Positions 19,739 through 30,118 of a DNA stretch of 64,000 nt are shown here, piece by piece (position 1 is the first letter of the stretch; each line of letters opens with the position of its first letter). Made by a program: the position numbers and the translations under genes. Under the pieces are notes generated by a model. It saw only the letters and a list, made by a program, of their open reading frames with translations. It was not told the DNA's origin and did not search any database. This DNA is from Spirochaetia bacterium (GTDB taxonomy: Bacteria > Spirochaetota > Spirochaetia > SZUA-6 > Bin103). The stretch covers positions 1,984,001 to 2,048,000 of the forward strand of contig CBDATQ010000001.1 in NCBI GenBank assembly GCA_965199955.1. Reading direction: 5' to 3'.

Positions 19739-20077
19739 TCAAGCCGTCAGCGTTCGGATCTTGGCGAGAGCGTCCAACAGGGTGTCGGAAGGCAGCGGGC
19801 AGACGTGCTCGGCCTTCCGCGCTCGCCAGTCCAGGCTCTTGAGCTGGTCCGACAGGATCACGCCTGTGATCGGCTGGCCCGTGGGGATTGCCACCTCATA
19901 GGGGTATCCCTTGCGCACGGTGGTTACCGGGCAGAAGAGCGCGAGTCCGACCTTGCCGTTGTAGGTACGCGGCGATACCACCACCGCGGGTCTGCGGCCC
20001 GCCTGTTCGTGACCGGCGTGCGGATCGAACGTCAACCACACGACATCACCACGATCGGGCACATACGGGTCGGTCAC
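19739..20077 (-). CDS. mazF: MazF/PemK endoribonuclease toxin
   Basis: YVPDRGDVVWLTFDPHAGHEQAGRRPA, DQLKSLDWRAR. Confidence 0.95.
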   Translation of the reverse strand: MTDPYVPDRGDVVWLTFDPHAGHEQAGRRPAVVVSPRTYNGKVGLALFCPVTTVRKGYPYEVAIPTGQPITGVILSDQLKSLDWRARKAEHVCPLPSDTLLDALAKIRTLTA

Positions 20078-20078
20078 G

Positions 20079-20321
20079 CTACCAGATCTCGCGTCCGGTG
20101 CGCGTGCCCGTCCCGATTTCGGTATGCAGGTTGGTGGCGTCGATGCCCGCAAGCAGGTCGTCGAGTTCGTAGTGAGGCGATTGGGTTCGTTCGACGATCA
20201 GCCTGCCCTCGCGCAACTCGATGTCGACGGTTGTCCCGGCCGCGACATTCGCACCGGCCGCGAGTGGCCTCGGAATGCGGAGTGCGAGGCTGTTGCCCCA
20301 TTTCTGAACTCTGGTTTTCAT
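20079..20321 (-). CDS. mazE: MazE (AbrB-type) antitoxin
   Basis: VQKWGNSLALRIP...LDDLLAGI...GREIW. Confidence 0.95.
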   Translation of the reverse strand: MKTRVQKWGNSLALRIPRPLAAGANVAAGTTVDIELREGRLIVERTQSPHYELDDLLAGIDATNLHTEIGTGTRTGREIW

Positions 20322-20464
20322 CGCTGCCTTTGCCCTTGGATCTACATTGAGTATACATGATCGAGGCACGGGTGCCGAGATACGCGGCTCGCGTTGCTGT
20401 TCGTGGCTCGTGCAGGCCGATAGACTCCGCCACGTTCTGAGTCCCCGACAGGCAGGTCACACGA

Positions 20465-21292
20465 ATGAGAGCTTCCCAGAACCAACCTGACGCCACCTCG
20501 CTCAACGCGGTCGAACGATTCCGCCGGCACATGGACGACGGCCACGTTTGCCTGGGCATGAGCATCACGCTGCCGGACCCGATAGTCAGCGAGGTCGCGG
20601 TCGAGGCGGGCTACGACTTCGTCTGGATCGAGAACGAGCACTCCTACCAGACCACGCGGGACGTGATGGCGCACATCCTGACGGTGCGCGGCACCGGCGT
20701 GGCTCCGGTGGTGAGGGTGCCCGTGAACGACCCGGCGGTGATCAAGCCGTACGTGGACATGGCGCCTGCCGCCATCGTCGTGCCGCTGATCCGGTCCGCC
20801 GCAGAGGCGGCCGCCGCCGTGAAGGCGTGCCGCTATCCGCCGGCCGGTGTGCGCGGCTTCGGGCCGATCCGCAACATGGGGCACGGCAGGCTGGAGTTCG
20901 ACGAATACCTTGAGCAGGCCGCGCGGCAGGTGATGGTCATCGTCCAGGTCGAGCACATCGACGCGGTCGACGACCTGGACGCGCTGCTGGACACGCCGGG
21001 ACTGGACGGCATCTGCCTGGGCCGCAACGACCTGAGCGGCTCGGTCGGCAAGCTGGGCCGTTACGACGACCCGCAGGTGCGCGGCATGATCGACACCCTG
21101 CTCGACAAGTGCGCCGGGCGCGACCTCTACCTTGGCGCCTCCCTCGGCCCGGACTGGGACTCGATCAAGGAGTGGACCTCCCGCGGGATGCGCTGGTTCG
21201 GCGTCGGCGACGACATCGACTACCTGGTCGGCGGCGCGCGGCAGACGATGGCCGAGTTCCGCGCGGCCATGAGCGAGCTCGGCCGGGAGTGA
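20465..21292 (+). CDS. HpcH/HpaI aldolase family protein
   Basis: GYDFVWIENEH, VRVP, CRYPPAGVRG, QVEH, GRNDLS. Confidence 0.9.
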   Translation: MRASQNQPDATSLNAVERFRRHMDDGHVCLGMSITLPDPIVSEVAVEAGYDFVWIENEHSYQTTRDVMAHILTVRGTGVAPVVRVPVNDPAVIKPYVDMAPAAIVVPLIRSAAEAAAAVKACRYPPAGVRGFGPIRNMGHGRLEFDEYLEQAARQVMVIVQVEHIDAVDDLDALLDTPGLDGICLGRNDLSGSVGKLGRYDDPQVRGMIDTLLDKCAGRDLYLGASLGPDWDSIKEWTSRGMRWFGVGDDIDYLVGGARQTMAEFRAAMSELGRE

Positions 21293-21316
21293 GCGGAGCC
21301 CGCGGGCGGGCGCCGG

Positions 21317-21812
21317 CTACACGCGGCCCGGGAAGGACCTGCCCCTGACCTGCCGGAACGCCGGCACCTTCGGAGCGTCGTCGACCGACTGGTCACGCCA
21401 CGAGTTGGCGCGCATGTAGTGCACGGCGTACCCCGGCGCCGGGTGCCGGTGCGGGGGCCCTTCATGAAGAGCTGGTCGTTGTAGAGCTTGATGTCGTCGG
21501 TGCCCAGCAGGTCCGCGACCATGTCGACGATCGCCGGATGGCATGCATGGCGCCAGAACACCTCGTCCCGGCACGCGACGGCGGAGAGCTTGCGCACCGA
21601 CGCACCCGATCCAGCACTGGCGCCTCTCCGCGCCGGAATGGCCGTTCGAGCTGGACGCGGTCCACGGGAAGGTGACTGACGTTGCCCGCCGCCACCCGAT
21701 CGACGTAGTCGGCGAGCTCGGCAACCTCCCCGGCGGAGACCACGTCGTGCACGGGCAGAAAGCCATCGACCTTGAACGACGCGATCTGGTCGGCCGACAG
21801 GCGCCGTGGCAC
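21317..21812 (-). pseudogene. Phytanoyl-CoA dioxygenase family remnant
   Basis: N-terminus LSADQIASFKVDGFL, DIKLYNDQLFMKGP and C-terminal GYAVHYM...VRGRSFPGRV lie in different frames; the catalytic middle is missing. Confidence 0.7.
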
Positions 21813-21880
21813 ACGGCGATGTGTAGCAGAGACGGTGCGTCGCCTGCCTCCGGATCGGGTATGCTGTCGCCACAGGATCG

Positions 21881-22387
21881 ATGCGCATCTACATCGTCAG
21901 GCACGGCGAGGCCGAGTTCGCGGCCTTGGGATCGTCCGACGCCAGTCGGCAACTCACCGCGAAGGGAAAGCGCCAGGCCGAGCGCGTCGGCGTCGCCCTG
22001 CGCGTGCTGGATGAAGTCCCGGCCGTGGTACTCACCAGCCCGCTGCCGCGGGCGCGGCAGACCGCCGAGCTTGCCGTGAAGGCCATGGCCGACAAGCGGA
22101 GCCGCCCGCCGATCCGGGTGCTCGACCGCCTGGCGCCGGGTGCCTACGTCGGCGACGTGCTTGCCGCGGTCCCCGCGGACCTGCCGACCATGATGCTGGT
22201 CGGCCATCAGCCGACGCTCGGGGCACTGGTCGGGGCGTTGATCGGCGGGCTGCACGCCGCCCCCATCGATCTGTCGACCGCCTCGCTGGCGTGCGTGGAG
22301 ACCCCCGGTGCTCCGTCCCCCGGAGCCGGCGAGTTGGAATACCTCCTCCGGCGCGGTGTCATCTCGGCGCTCGCCCGGAACGCCTGA
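21881..22387 (+). CDS. sixA: Phosphohistidine phosphatase SixA-like
   Basis: IVRHGEA, LTAKG, TSPLPRARQTA, LVGHQP. Confidence 0.85.
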   Translation: MRIYIVRHGEAEFAALGSSDASRQLTAKGKRQAERVGVALRVLDEVPAVVLTSPLPRARQTAELAVKAMADKRSRPPIRVLDRLAPGAYVGDVLAAVPADLPTMMLVGHQPTLGALVGALIGGLHAAPIDLSTASLACVETPGAPSPGAGELEYLLRRGVISALARNA

Positions 22388-22445
22388 CCTCTCGGCGCCG
22401 ACGGCTTCCGATCACTCCGGTGGTGCGTCGCTGCCGCCTCCGACG

Positions 22446-22966
22446 TCAACGACCGGCCGCACTTCCTCGCCTGGAATGATCAAGGTGGGTGTGGTGCCTT
22501 CCGGCGTCATCGAACGTCCGATCGCCGACGCATACCTTCACGGCCTGCAGGGCTCTCTGCGTGATGTGCTCCTGCGGCGCACGATCGTCGAGGTACAGGT
22601 TGTTGTACTGCGCCCACAGCGTGCGCAGCCGGTCCGCCTGGGCGATGCGGGGACGAAAGATGTCGCCCGCAACGACGACCCCGATGCGCTGCTTGTCGCT
22701 GGTGATGATCTCGGGGTCGGTGACGCTGAACGGCACCGCGGAGACGAGACTCGTTTCAACTCCACGAACAGGCCGACGTCGGAGTAGACGCCGGGGCCGA
22801 CGACGTCGACGATGCGGCCGCTGCGGAACTTGATGCCGACCTCCTGCTCGTTCACCCGGGCCATCACGTAGATGAACCGTGATCCGAAGAAGATCAGGAA
22901 CACGACAATGACGATCAACGCCGCAATGCCCAGCCGGGCACTGCCGAAGAGCTTGGGAGAGTCCAC
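22446..22966 (-). pseudogene. SPFH/band-7 domain protein fragment
   Basis: TM helix, VNEQEVGIKFRSG..VVGPG, then a frameshift to DPEIITSDKQRI; truncated. Confidence 0.6.
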
Positions 22967-23077
22967 CTCTTCTTCCTTGCCCGAGTTCCAGTTCAGAGGC
23001 TACGGGTCGATAGGGTACGCTGCTGGTTTGATCAGGAACAGACCGTGTGGTAGACAGCGACGGACCGTGGAGGTGTC

Positions 23078-23920
23078 ATGGCCCAGACGCGACTGACCGA
23101 GCAGCAGAAGGCGTTCTTCGCCGACTTCGGGTTTCTGCAGTTCCCCGGCCTGCTGGCCGACTGCATCGACGGGATCATCGACGAGTTCGAGGCGATCTGG
23201 ACGCGGCACGGGGGTGGCCATCACGGCAAGCCCCACGACGGCGAGCGCCGCTCCTGCATCGTCCCCTTTATCGACCAGAGTGAGTTGCTGTCGGCGCTGA
23301 TCGACGCCCCGCGCATCCACGACATCGCCGCCTGTCTGCTGGGCGACGACTTCAACTATGCCGGCAGTGACGGCAATTACTATGCCGGCGACACCCGCTG
23401 GCACTCGGACGGCTGGAACGTGGACGGACCGCGGTCGATCAAGATCGCCCTGTACCTCGACCCGCTGACGCGGGACACCGGAGCGCTGCGGGTCATTCCG
23501 GGCAGTCACCGGCCCGGCGACACATACGCTGACGCGCTGCAGGAGCAGGTCCGGGAGAGCGAGTCGCTGTGGGGGATCGAGGGTCCCGACGTGCCGGCGT
23601 ACGCGCTGGAGACACGGCCGGGGGACGTGGCCTGCTTCAACCACAACACCAAGCACGCGTCCTTCGGCGGCAGCCCGCGCCGCCGGATGTTCACCATCAA
23701 CTGCCATGCCCGCTATCCGGAAGAGCGCCTGGACGGGCTGCGCGAGAGGATCGACAGCTTCGCACGCTTCTGGCTGGACCGGGTGTACGGCGAGGCGATG
23801 GTGCGCACCGCCGGCCCGGAGCGCATGGTCCATCTTGAGCAGATCATGGCCAACGACGGGCACCTGGCCGAGCTGTCGCGCCGCAAACGCGCCGAGATGT
23901 CCGAGCCCTCGCGCTCCTGA
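23078..23920 (+). CDS. Phytanoyl-CoA dioxygenase (PhyH) family Fe(II)/2OG dioxygenase
   Basis: FFADFGFL, WHSD (HxD), GALRVIPGSH, PGDV..F...TKHAS, RR. Confidence 0.88.
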   Translation: MAQTRLTEQQKAFFADFGFLQFPGLLADCIDGIIDEFEAIWTRHGGGHHGKPHDGERRSCIVPFIDQSELLSALIDAPRIHDIAACLLGDDFNYAGSDGNYYAGDTRWHSDGWNVDGPRSIKIALYLDPLTRDTGALRVIPGSHRPGDTYADALQEQVRESESLWGIEGPDVPAYALETRPGDVACFNHNTKHASFGGSPRRRMFTINCHARYPEERLDGLRERIDSFARFWLDRVYGEAMVRTAGPERMVHLEQIMANDGHLAELSRRKRAEMSEPSRS

Positions 23921-24024
23921 TCCGCCGGCACCGTGCCCCGGCACCGGCCGACGGGGATTGCACAACACTCGACCGGCAGGCACTCTCAACCCTTGATTCC
24001 AACCGGAATCGAGGAGGCGAACGA

Positions 24025-24678
24025 ATGAAGAGGCATCTCTCAGTGCTCGCCACCGTCTTCGTTCTGCCCATCCCCACAAGCGGGCTGTTCGCAGCCGCGC
24101 AGGAGGAGATGGCGGCGGAGAAGACGACGTTCAGTGGCTCGGTGGAGGATGGAACACCGAGATCGTGGACGATGGCTGGGCCGAGCAGATAATCCAGGAC
24201 AAGTTCGAAGTCGAGATCACACCCGTGAACATCCTGAGGAGCGAAAAGGACAAGCTCAATCTCCTGGTCGCCTCCGGCGACTTTCCGGACGTGGCGTACT
24301 GGAACGCATCGGACCGATACGGCCTGTATTCCGACGGGGTGACGCGGTCCATTCCGGAGTCGTTCTTCCGGCAGTACGCAACCTGATGGAGGACGGCGCG
24401 CTCATCCAGGCGACGATCTCCAAGAACTACCGGGACTATCTCAAGCTGCTCGCCGGCTGGTACGCGGAAGGGCTGATCGACCCGGAGTTCACGATGCTCA
24501 AGAAGACGATCGAGGACGAATACCTGGTCAAGAGGCGATCACCGGAGAGGTAGACATCGACAGCTCCTGGGACGACTACGTCGCCCAGTGGCGGAAAGCC
24601 GGCGGCGACGAGCTCCTGACCGAGCAGGCCCAGGGGCTCCTCTACGGCGAGTTCATGAACGGCAACATCGTCTACTGA
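24025..24678 (+). pseudogene. Extracellular solute-binding protein remnant (internally deleted)
   Basis: RBS, leader ...LFAAAQEE, KLNLLVASGDFPD, WYAEGLIDPEF and C-terminal WDDYVAQWRKAGG all fall within only about 650 bp. Confidence 0.75.
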
Positions 24679-24702
24679 TCATCGTCGGTGAAGCCGGCAA
24701 GG

Positions 24703-24736
24703 AGGGGAGCGGTGCATACACCGCTCCCCTTTCGTT
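24703..24736 (+). terminator. GC hairpin after the SBP gene (terminator or mRNA stabiliser)
   Basis: AGGGGAGCGGTG-CATA-CACCGCTCCCCT followed by TTCGTT. Confidence 0.65.
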
Positions 24737-24753
24737 AGAGTGGGGAGAGTTCG

Positions 24754-25040
24754 ATGTCGACGCTCGCGAACAAGGATGTCAGAAAGGTCATCCGCAGGCA
24801 GACCCTCAACAGGGCGAAGCGGATGCACGAGTACTACATCCTGCTCCTCATCCCCGTAATCCTTCTGGTCCTACGAGGTGGCCGACGTCATCGACACCTA
24901 ATATTTACCGGTCTGGTTTCGTGGAGCGCCGGTGGGCGTACAACACGGACGTCGTACTGTTCAAGAACGTGGTGGGGCTGATCCTCTTGATCGGCGCGAA
25001 CGCCGTCATCAAGCGCTACAGCGAGTACGGGATCTGGTAG
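24754..25040 (+). pseudogene. ABC permease remnant (N- and C-termini only)
   Basis: YYILLLIP joined to YEVADVIDT/YIYRSG and LFKNVVGLILLIGAN...GIW. Confidence 0.7.
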
Positions 25041-25052
25041 CGGCAGCGAGCG

Positions 25053-25630
25053 ATGGCAGAGACACTGCAGAGACGGACCGTCGGCGGCCGGGCGTTCGAC
25101 TCACTCAACGTCCTGTTCCTGCTGCTCTTCACCGTAACCGTGGTCTACCCGTTCTGGCATCTGATGATCATTTCCTTCTCGGGCACGGACGACATCGTCA
25201 CCATGGGACTTCACTTCTGGCTGGACGAATGGCACATCGAGGCGTATCGGTATGTCTTCAGCAGCAACCGGGTGGGCAGAACGTACGTCAACAGCATCCT
25301 GCGGGTGGCCATCGGGACGACCACCGCCATCATCGTGACGCTGTTGGCCGCCTATCCGCTGGCGAAGCGGGACCTCCCGGGAAGAAATGCCATCACGACG
25401 ACATTCGTCTTCACGATGTTCGTCGCGGGCGGACTCATTCCCCACTATCTCCGCGTACGAGGCCTGGGCTTGATCGACTCGCGGTGGGCGCTGGTCCTTC
25501 CCGTTGCCCTGGACGTGTTCTGGGTCATCATCATGCGCAACTTCCTGATGGCCATCGACGTGGAGATGGAGGAAGCGGCCTTCATGGACGGCGCGAGCGT
25601 CAGGACCATATTGGTCAGGATCCTGCCATA
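25053..25630 (+). pseudogene. Carbohydrate ABC permease, 3'-truncated
   Basis: AAYPLAK, TMFVAGGLIPHY, EMEEAAFMDGAS...RIL; homology then ends at a junction with the convergent GH4 remnant. Confidence 0.7.
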
Positions 25631-25649
25631 CGAATCGCTTCTCCAGAAT

Positions 25650-26325
25650 CCCCTTCAGCACCAGCGGTGCCTCTCCCATGATGAGGGCTCGAGCACCCCC
25701 GGTCTCGGTCACCGCTTCGACCTCGACTTCTGCCGTGGCGGGCAGTTCCAGCAGATCCGCGGCCGCGCTGATTCCACCCTGCACGCCGTGGCACAGCCCG
25801 TATGACTTGATGCCGGTATATTTTGTGCAGCGCCCGCATGATGGTCGCCATCGGATTGGAGTGACTGAGAAACACCACGGCTGGACAGCGTTTCTCCATG
25901 CGTCTGCAGAGGTCGATGTGGGCGGGGATGGAACGCAGGGCCATCATCATGCCCGCGGGACCGGCGGTGTCGCCTACCGCCAGTTGGATCCCGAATTTGG
26001 CGCAGATTTGCATGTCGGCTGTGGTAATACGAACCATGCACCCCACGAACCATCTCGGCACCGCTGCCGCCTATGGACGAAAGCGCGTAGTCCGCCCCGT
26101 CGACGGCTTTCATCGGGGTCGGCCGTCGAGCGTATGTTCCAGGCGCGCGCCGGCGGCTTCGCTCAACCGCCGTCCGAGGTCTGCCATGCGCTCCGCTTTC
26201 TCGGGGTCGATGTCGTAGAGCACGATATCCGACTCTGCTAATTCTCCTTCTAGAGCCAGGTTTCCGAGGACGTTGCGGAAGTAGAGGCTGCCGCCCCCGA
26301 GGCACATGATCTTGATGGCTGGCAT
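25650..26325 (-). pseudogene. Glycoside hydrolase family 4 (alpha-galactosidase-like) remnant
   Basis: KIMCLGGGS, LYDID, AVDGADY, VGDTAGPAG, SNPM and GLCHG spread across frames. Confidence 0.75.
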
Positions 26326-26381
26326 TCCGGAGTCCTCCGGTGATGTTGCGCGCTCGGCCCCAGCACCCTACCATCTTAGCG

Positions 26382-27581
26382 ATGCCGAGCGTTCCCGCGG
26401 CGGAGATCGATCGCCGCGTGCATGCGGTCCAGGACGAGCTTGTCCGCGAGGACTCGCCGGTCGACCTGCTGCTGGTCGTGCAGAAGGTGGATCTGTTCTA
26501 TCTGAGCGGCACCCTCCAGCAGTGTCACCTGGCGCTGCCGGCCGAAGGCGCACCGCGCCTGTTGGTGCGCAAGGTGCGGGAGACCGCGGAGGCCGACTCC
26601 CCGATCCGGGACATCGTCCCGCTGTGCAGCTTCCGGGAGCTTCCCGGTCACGTCAGGGACCTGTGCGGTGAGCCGCCGTGGCGGATCGGCATGGAGCTGG
26701 ACGTGCTGCCGGTCGGACTCTGGCGCACCTACCGGAGCGTGTTCGGTGACGACGCGGAGATCGTTGACTGCTCGCCTGCGCTGCTGGCGGCGCGCTCGCG
26801 CAAGAGTGCGTGGGAGCTCGACCAGTTTCGGGACGCCGCCCGCCTCCATCCGCTGCTGTTCGGCGACCCGCTCCGCCGGTTGCTGGCCCGGGACGTCTCG
26901 TCCTATGACCTGCAGGCGCGGCTGGAGGCCGAGGCGCGCGCGCTCGGCCACTGCGGACTGGTGCGGCTGCGCGGCCTGGACGCGGAGACCGGCATCGGCA
27001 TCGCGGTGAGCGGTCCGGACGGCGCCGTGCCGAGCAACTCGATGTTCCCGATCGGCGGCACCGGCCCGCACGCGTGGGTGTCGCACGGCGGCACGCGCGC
27101 ACCGCTCCGGCGCGCCGTGCCGGTCATCCTGGACTTCCTGATGAGCACCACCGGCTACCACGTGGACTGCTCGCGCATGGCCGTGCGCGGCGCCTTCCCG
27201 GACCGGGCGGCATCCATCCTGGAGCGGATCGGCGACCTGCTGCGCGGCATGGAGGGACGGCTCAGGGCCGGCGTGCGGCCGTCGGAGATCTACCGCTCGG
27301 CGGTCGATGAGGCCGCGGCGGCGGGGCTGGGGGACGGCTTCATGGGGCCGCCCGGCTATCAGGTAAGCTTCGTGGGACACGGCGTGGGGCTGGAGGTCAA
27401 CGAGCTGCCCGTGATCGGTCCGCGCTCGGACCGGCCGCTCGAGTCGGGCAACGTGGTCGCCCTTGAGCCCAAGTACACCGACCAGGAGTATGGCGTGATC
27501 GGAATCGAGAACACCTACGTCGTCACCGAGGGCGGTGCCGAAAAGCTGACCACCGCGACCGAAGCGGTCGTCGAGGGGTGA
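26382..27581 (+). CDS. Xaa-Pro peptidase family (M24)
   Basis: ILDF...YHVDCSR, GHGVGLE, LEPK, GIENTY. Confidence 0.88.
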   Translation: MPSVPAAEIDRRVHAVQDELVREDSPVDLLLVVQKVDLFYLSGTLQQCHLALPAEGAPRLLVRKVRETAEADSPIRDIVPLCSFRELPGHVRDLCGEPPWRIGMELDVLPVGLWRTYRSVFGDDAEIVDCSPALLAARSRKSAWELDQFRDAARLHPLLFGDPLRRLLARDVSSYDLQARLEAEARALGHCGLVRLRGLDAETGIGIAVSGPDGAVPSNSMFPIGGTGPHAWVSHGGTRAPLRRAVPVILDFLMSTTGYHVDCSRMAVRGAFPDRAASILERIGDLLRGMEGRLRAGVRPSEIYRSAVDEAAAAGLGDGFMGPPGYQVSFVGHGVGLEVNELPVIGPRSDRPLESGNVVALEPKYTDQEYGVIGIENTYVVTEGGAEKLTTATEAVVEG

Positions 27582-28648
27582 AGCGCATGTTTTCCGTCGC
27601 GGTCCCGGCGCTGCGCGTCTACATCGCCGAGTTGCTGCAGGCCAAGGGCACGCCCGTGCACATCGCCCGCGTCGTCGCCGACTCGCTGGTGCTCTCCAAC
27701 CAGCGCGGCCACGACTCGCACGGCTTCATCCGCGTGGCCCCATACTGCGACTGGATCGACCGCGGCTGGATGGATCCCGCGGCGGAACCGGAGCGGGTGG
27801 TCGACGAACCGCACGTCGTGCAGGTGGACGGCCACTTCGGGTGGGGCCAGTACGTCGGCCGCGTCGCCACAGGGTGGGCGATCGAGGCGGCGCGCGGCGG
27901 GCACTGCGTGCTGACCATCCGGCGCTCTTCGCACTTGGGCCGCATGGGCGAGTTCATGGAGCAGGCGGCCGAGGCGGGGCTGGTGTGCTTCTCGTTCACG
28001 AACACGCACGGCGGCGGGCTGGTCACCGCCCCGCACGGTGGCTGCGAGCGCCGCCTGTCGGCCAACCCGCTGGCGGCCGGCGCGCCGCTGCCGGACGGCC
28101 CGGCGATGATGATGGACATCGCCACCTCCTCGATCGCGGCCGGCAAGGTGCAGGTCGCTGTGGAGCGGGGCGAGGCGCTGGGGCCCGGCCACCTGGTAGA
28201 CGGCGCCGGACAGCCTTCCACCGATCCGAAGGCGTACGCCGGTCGTCCGGATGGAACAGAGCCGCCGGGTGCGCTGCTGCCGTTCGGTGGGCACAAGGGT
28301 TACAGCCTGGCGATGTTCTGCGAGGTGCTGGCCGGGGCGCTGACCGGCGCCGGCTGCAGCACGAAGGGCGTGCAGCGTGTGGCGAACGGGTTCCTGGCGC
28401 TGTTCCTGGATCCGGCCGCGTTCTGTGGCGAGGACTTCTACCGCGCCGAGCTGGGGGCGCTCATCCCGCACGTGAAGTCGTCACGGCTGATGGCAGGCCA
28501 CGACGAGATCCTCTACCCGGGCGAACCCGAGGCGCGCGCGGAGGCGGAGCGCCGCGAAGCGGTCACGATCGAACCGTCCACCTGGGAACGCACCGCGAAC
28601 GTCGCTCGCGAACTCGGGGTGACCCCGCCGGAAACCAGGGCGCCCTGA
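27578..28648 (+). CDS. Ldh_2 family oxidoreductase (malate/L-lactate/sulfolactate dehydrogenase-like)
   Basis: GHDSHG, SHLGR, NP, DIATS, PFGGHKGYSL, YPGEPE. Confidence 0.9.
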   Translation: MKRMFSVAVPALRVYIAELLQAKGTPVHIARVVADSLVLSNQRGHDSHGFIRVAPYCDWIDRGWMDPAAEPERVVDEPHVVQVDGHFGWGQYVGRVATGWAIEAARGGHCVLTIRRSSHLGRMGEFMEQAAEAGLVCFSFTNTHGGGLVTAPHGGCERRLSANPLAAGAPLPDGPAMMMDIATSSIAAGKVQVAVERGEALGPGHLVDGAGQPSTDPKAYAGRPDGTEPPGALLPFGGHKGYSLAMFCEVLAGALTGAGCSTKGVQRVANGFLALFLDPAAFCGEDFYRAELGALIPHVKSSRLMAGHDEILYPGEPEARAEAERREAVTIEPSTWERTANVARELGVTPPETRAP

Positions 28649-28929
28649 CCGGCGCGGGGAACTACGGCCCGGCGGGACCGGTGAGAAACAGCACCGTGTC
28701 GCTACGCCCGTGACGAAGGTCTCCGGGCCTTCGGGCGCCGGAATCACGGGCCACCCACATCGCTCCAGTCCGCCGCTCCGAACACGACGAACAGCTCTCC
28801 CCGTCCGTTGGCGGGACGGGTCAGGGCCAGCACGTCGGGCCGGGGGCGCCGAAGTCGTCGTTACGGAGCACGGTCCGGAACGGTGACCAGTTGACGAAGT
28901 CCCGGCTGGCCGTGCGGCCGACGATGCGC

Positions 28930-29315
28930 TTAGGGCAGGGGCGCGGTGTCCGGATCGTCCCGCCCGCGGGCTCGGGCCTTGTAGCGGGGACTGCGGGTGA
29001 ACACGACGTATTCGCCGGTCACCGGATCCTTGAGCGCACCGTGGCGGTCTCCCGCGCCCGGCAGTCCGTCGCTCGACTCCGCGTAATTGAGGAAGTTCCG
29101 GTCGGACTCCGGCCTGCCGTCGTGGAAGCTCCGGTACCACAGCCGGCAGGTGCCGTTCGGGCCGTCGCGGAGCACGGTCCCGGAGAGCCCGGCGGCGCGT
29201 CCTTCCCAAGCTCGATCCGGTCTCAGATCCGGCTCGGCGGTGCGAGCATCGGGCCGCGCGATCGTCCGCGTCACGTGCCAGCGGGCATCAGATGGAGGTG
29301 CGGATCATTCACGGC
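28930..29315 (-). pseudogene. Five-bladed beta-propeller glycosidase-like remnant
   Basis: PDRAWEG...GTVLRD...RLWY...YAESSDGL; short and frameshifted. Confidence 0.5.
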
Positions 29316-30042
29316 CGGTCTCCCGGGGCGTCTCGTACCCGTACCTCTCCATCGCCGGTGCGAAGAAATCGTAGTAGTTGGGCCCGGTGTCGGCCTCCCA
29401 TCGCCCCACCGCCTCGGGCTTCACGGGAATCCGGGCAAGCTTGATTCCCAGGTAGGACTCCAGACGGGCGAGCGTCTCATCCTGGCGCTGGACGAAATCC
29501 TCGAACCGCACCTCGATCCAGTTCCTGGGTCGCGGCGTGGAGCGGACCAGATCGTACTGGTACTTCCACGACATGGCCCGACGCAAGCGGGCGTCGTGCG
29601 TGGTCGGACAGGCAACGCCCCAGTCGCTGAGGTCGTCCGTTTTGTGCTTGCCGATGATGCAGTCGCGCGGGTTGCGGATCCAGAAGATATACCGGACATC
29701 CGGGAACATCCTGACGATCCAGGGAAAGGTCAGCGTAGTCTCCGGGATCTTCCATCCCCGGTGCTCCGCCCGGCTCGTCAGCATGCTGTGCAGATACGAC
29801 CGGATCAGCGGCTCGAACTCGCTCGGAATGGGCATCGAGTGGAGATCGCTGAAATCCCACTGCAGCCCTCCCAGCCAGCGAACGTGTCTGGCGATGAGAC
29901 GGGACGCCTCGTACATCGCCTGCGGCGGAAGCAGATCACCCGAGACGTTCAACGGCTCGCCCATCCACACGCCGCTGGCCGAGAGCGTGTGCGACATGGC
30001 TCGCGTGCCGGAGTGACCCCGCCCGATGATGGTGGTCAGCAT
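29305..30042 (-). CDS. Sulfotransferase
   Basis: PAPS-binding GRGHSGT, GWKIP, IRNPRD, VRFEDFV, ERYGY. Confidence 0.85.
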   Translation of the reverse strand: MLTTIIGRGHSGTRAMSHTLSASGVWMGEPLNVSGDLLPPQAMYEASRLIARHVRWLGGLQWDFSDLHSMPIPSEFEPLIRSYLHSMLTSRAEHRGWKIPETTLTFPWIVRMFPDVRYIFWIRNPRDCIIGKHKTDDLSDWGVACPTTHDARLRRAMSWKYQYDLVRSTPRPRNWIEVRFEDFVQRQDETLARLESYLGIKLARIPVKPEAVGRWEADTGPNYYDFFAPAMERYGYETPRETGRE

Positions 30043-30118
30043 CGGTGGCCCACACCGAGCAGATGGAGGTGCCGAGCGTTCACAGCGGGTCTCACGGGTT
30101 CAGGATAGGATGGAGGCG

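Noticed and set aside
26382..27581. M24 peptidase as an inactive variant (EVNE motif)
   Set aside because: The metal ligands D, D, H, E, E all appear present; ordinary family variation.
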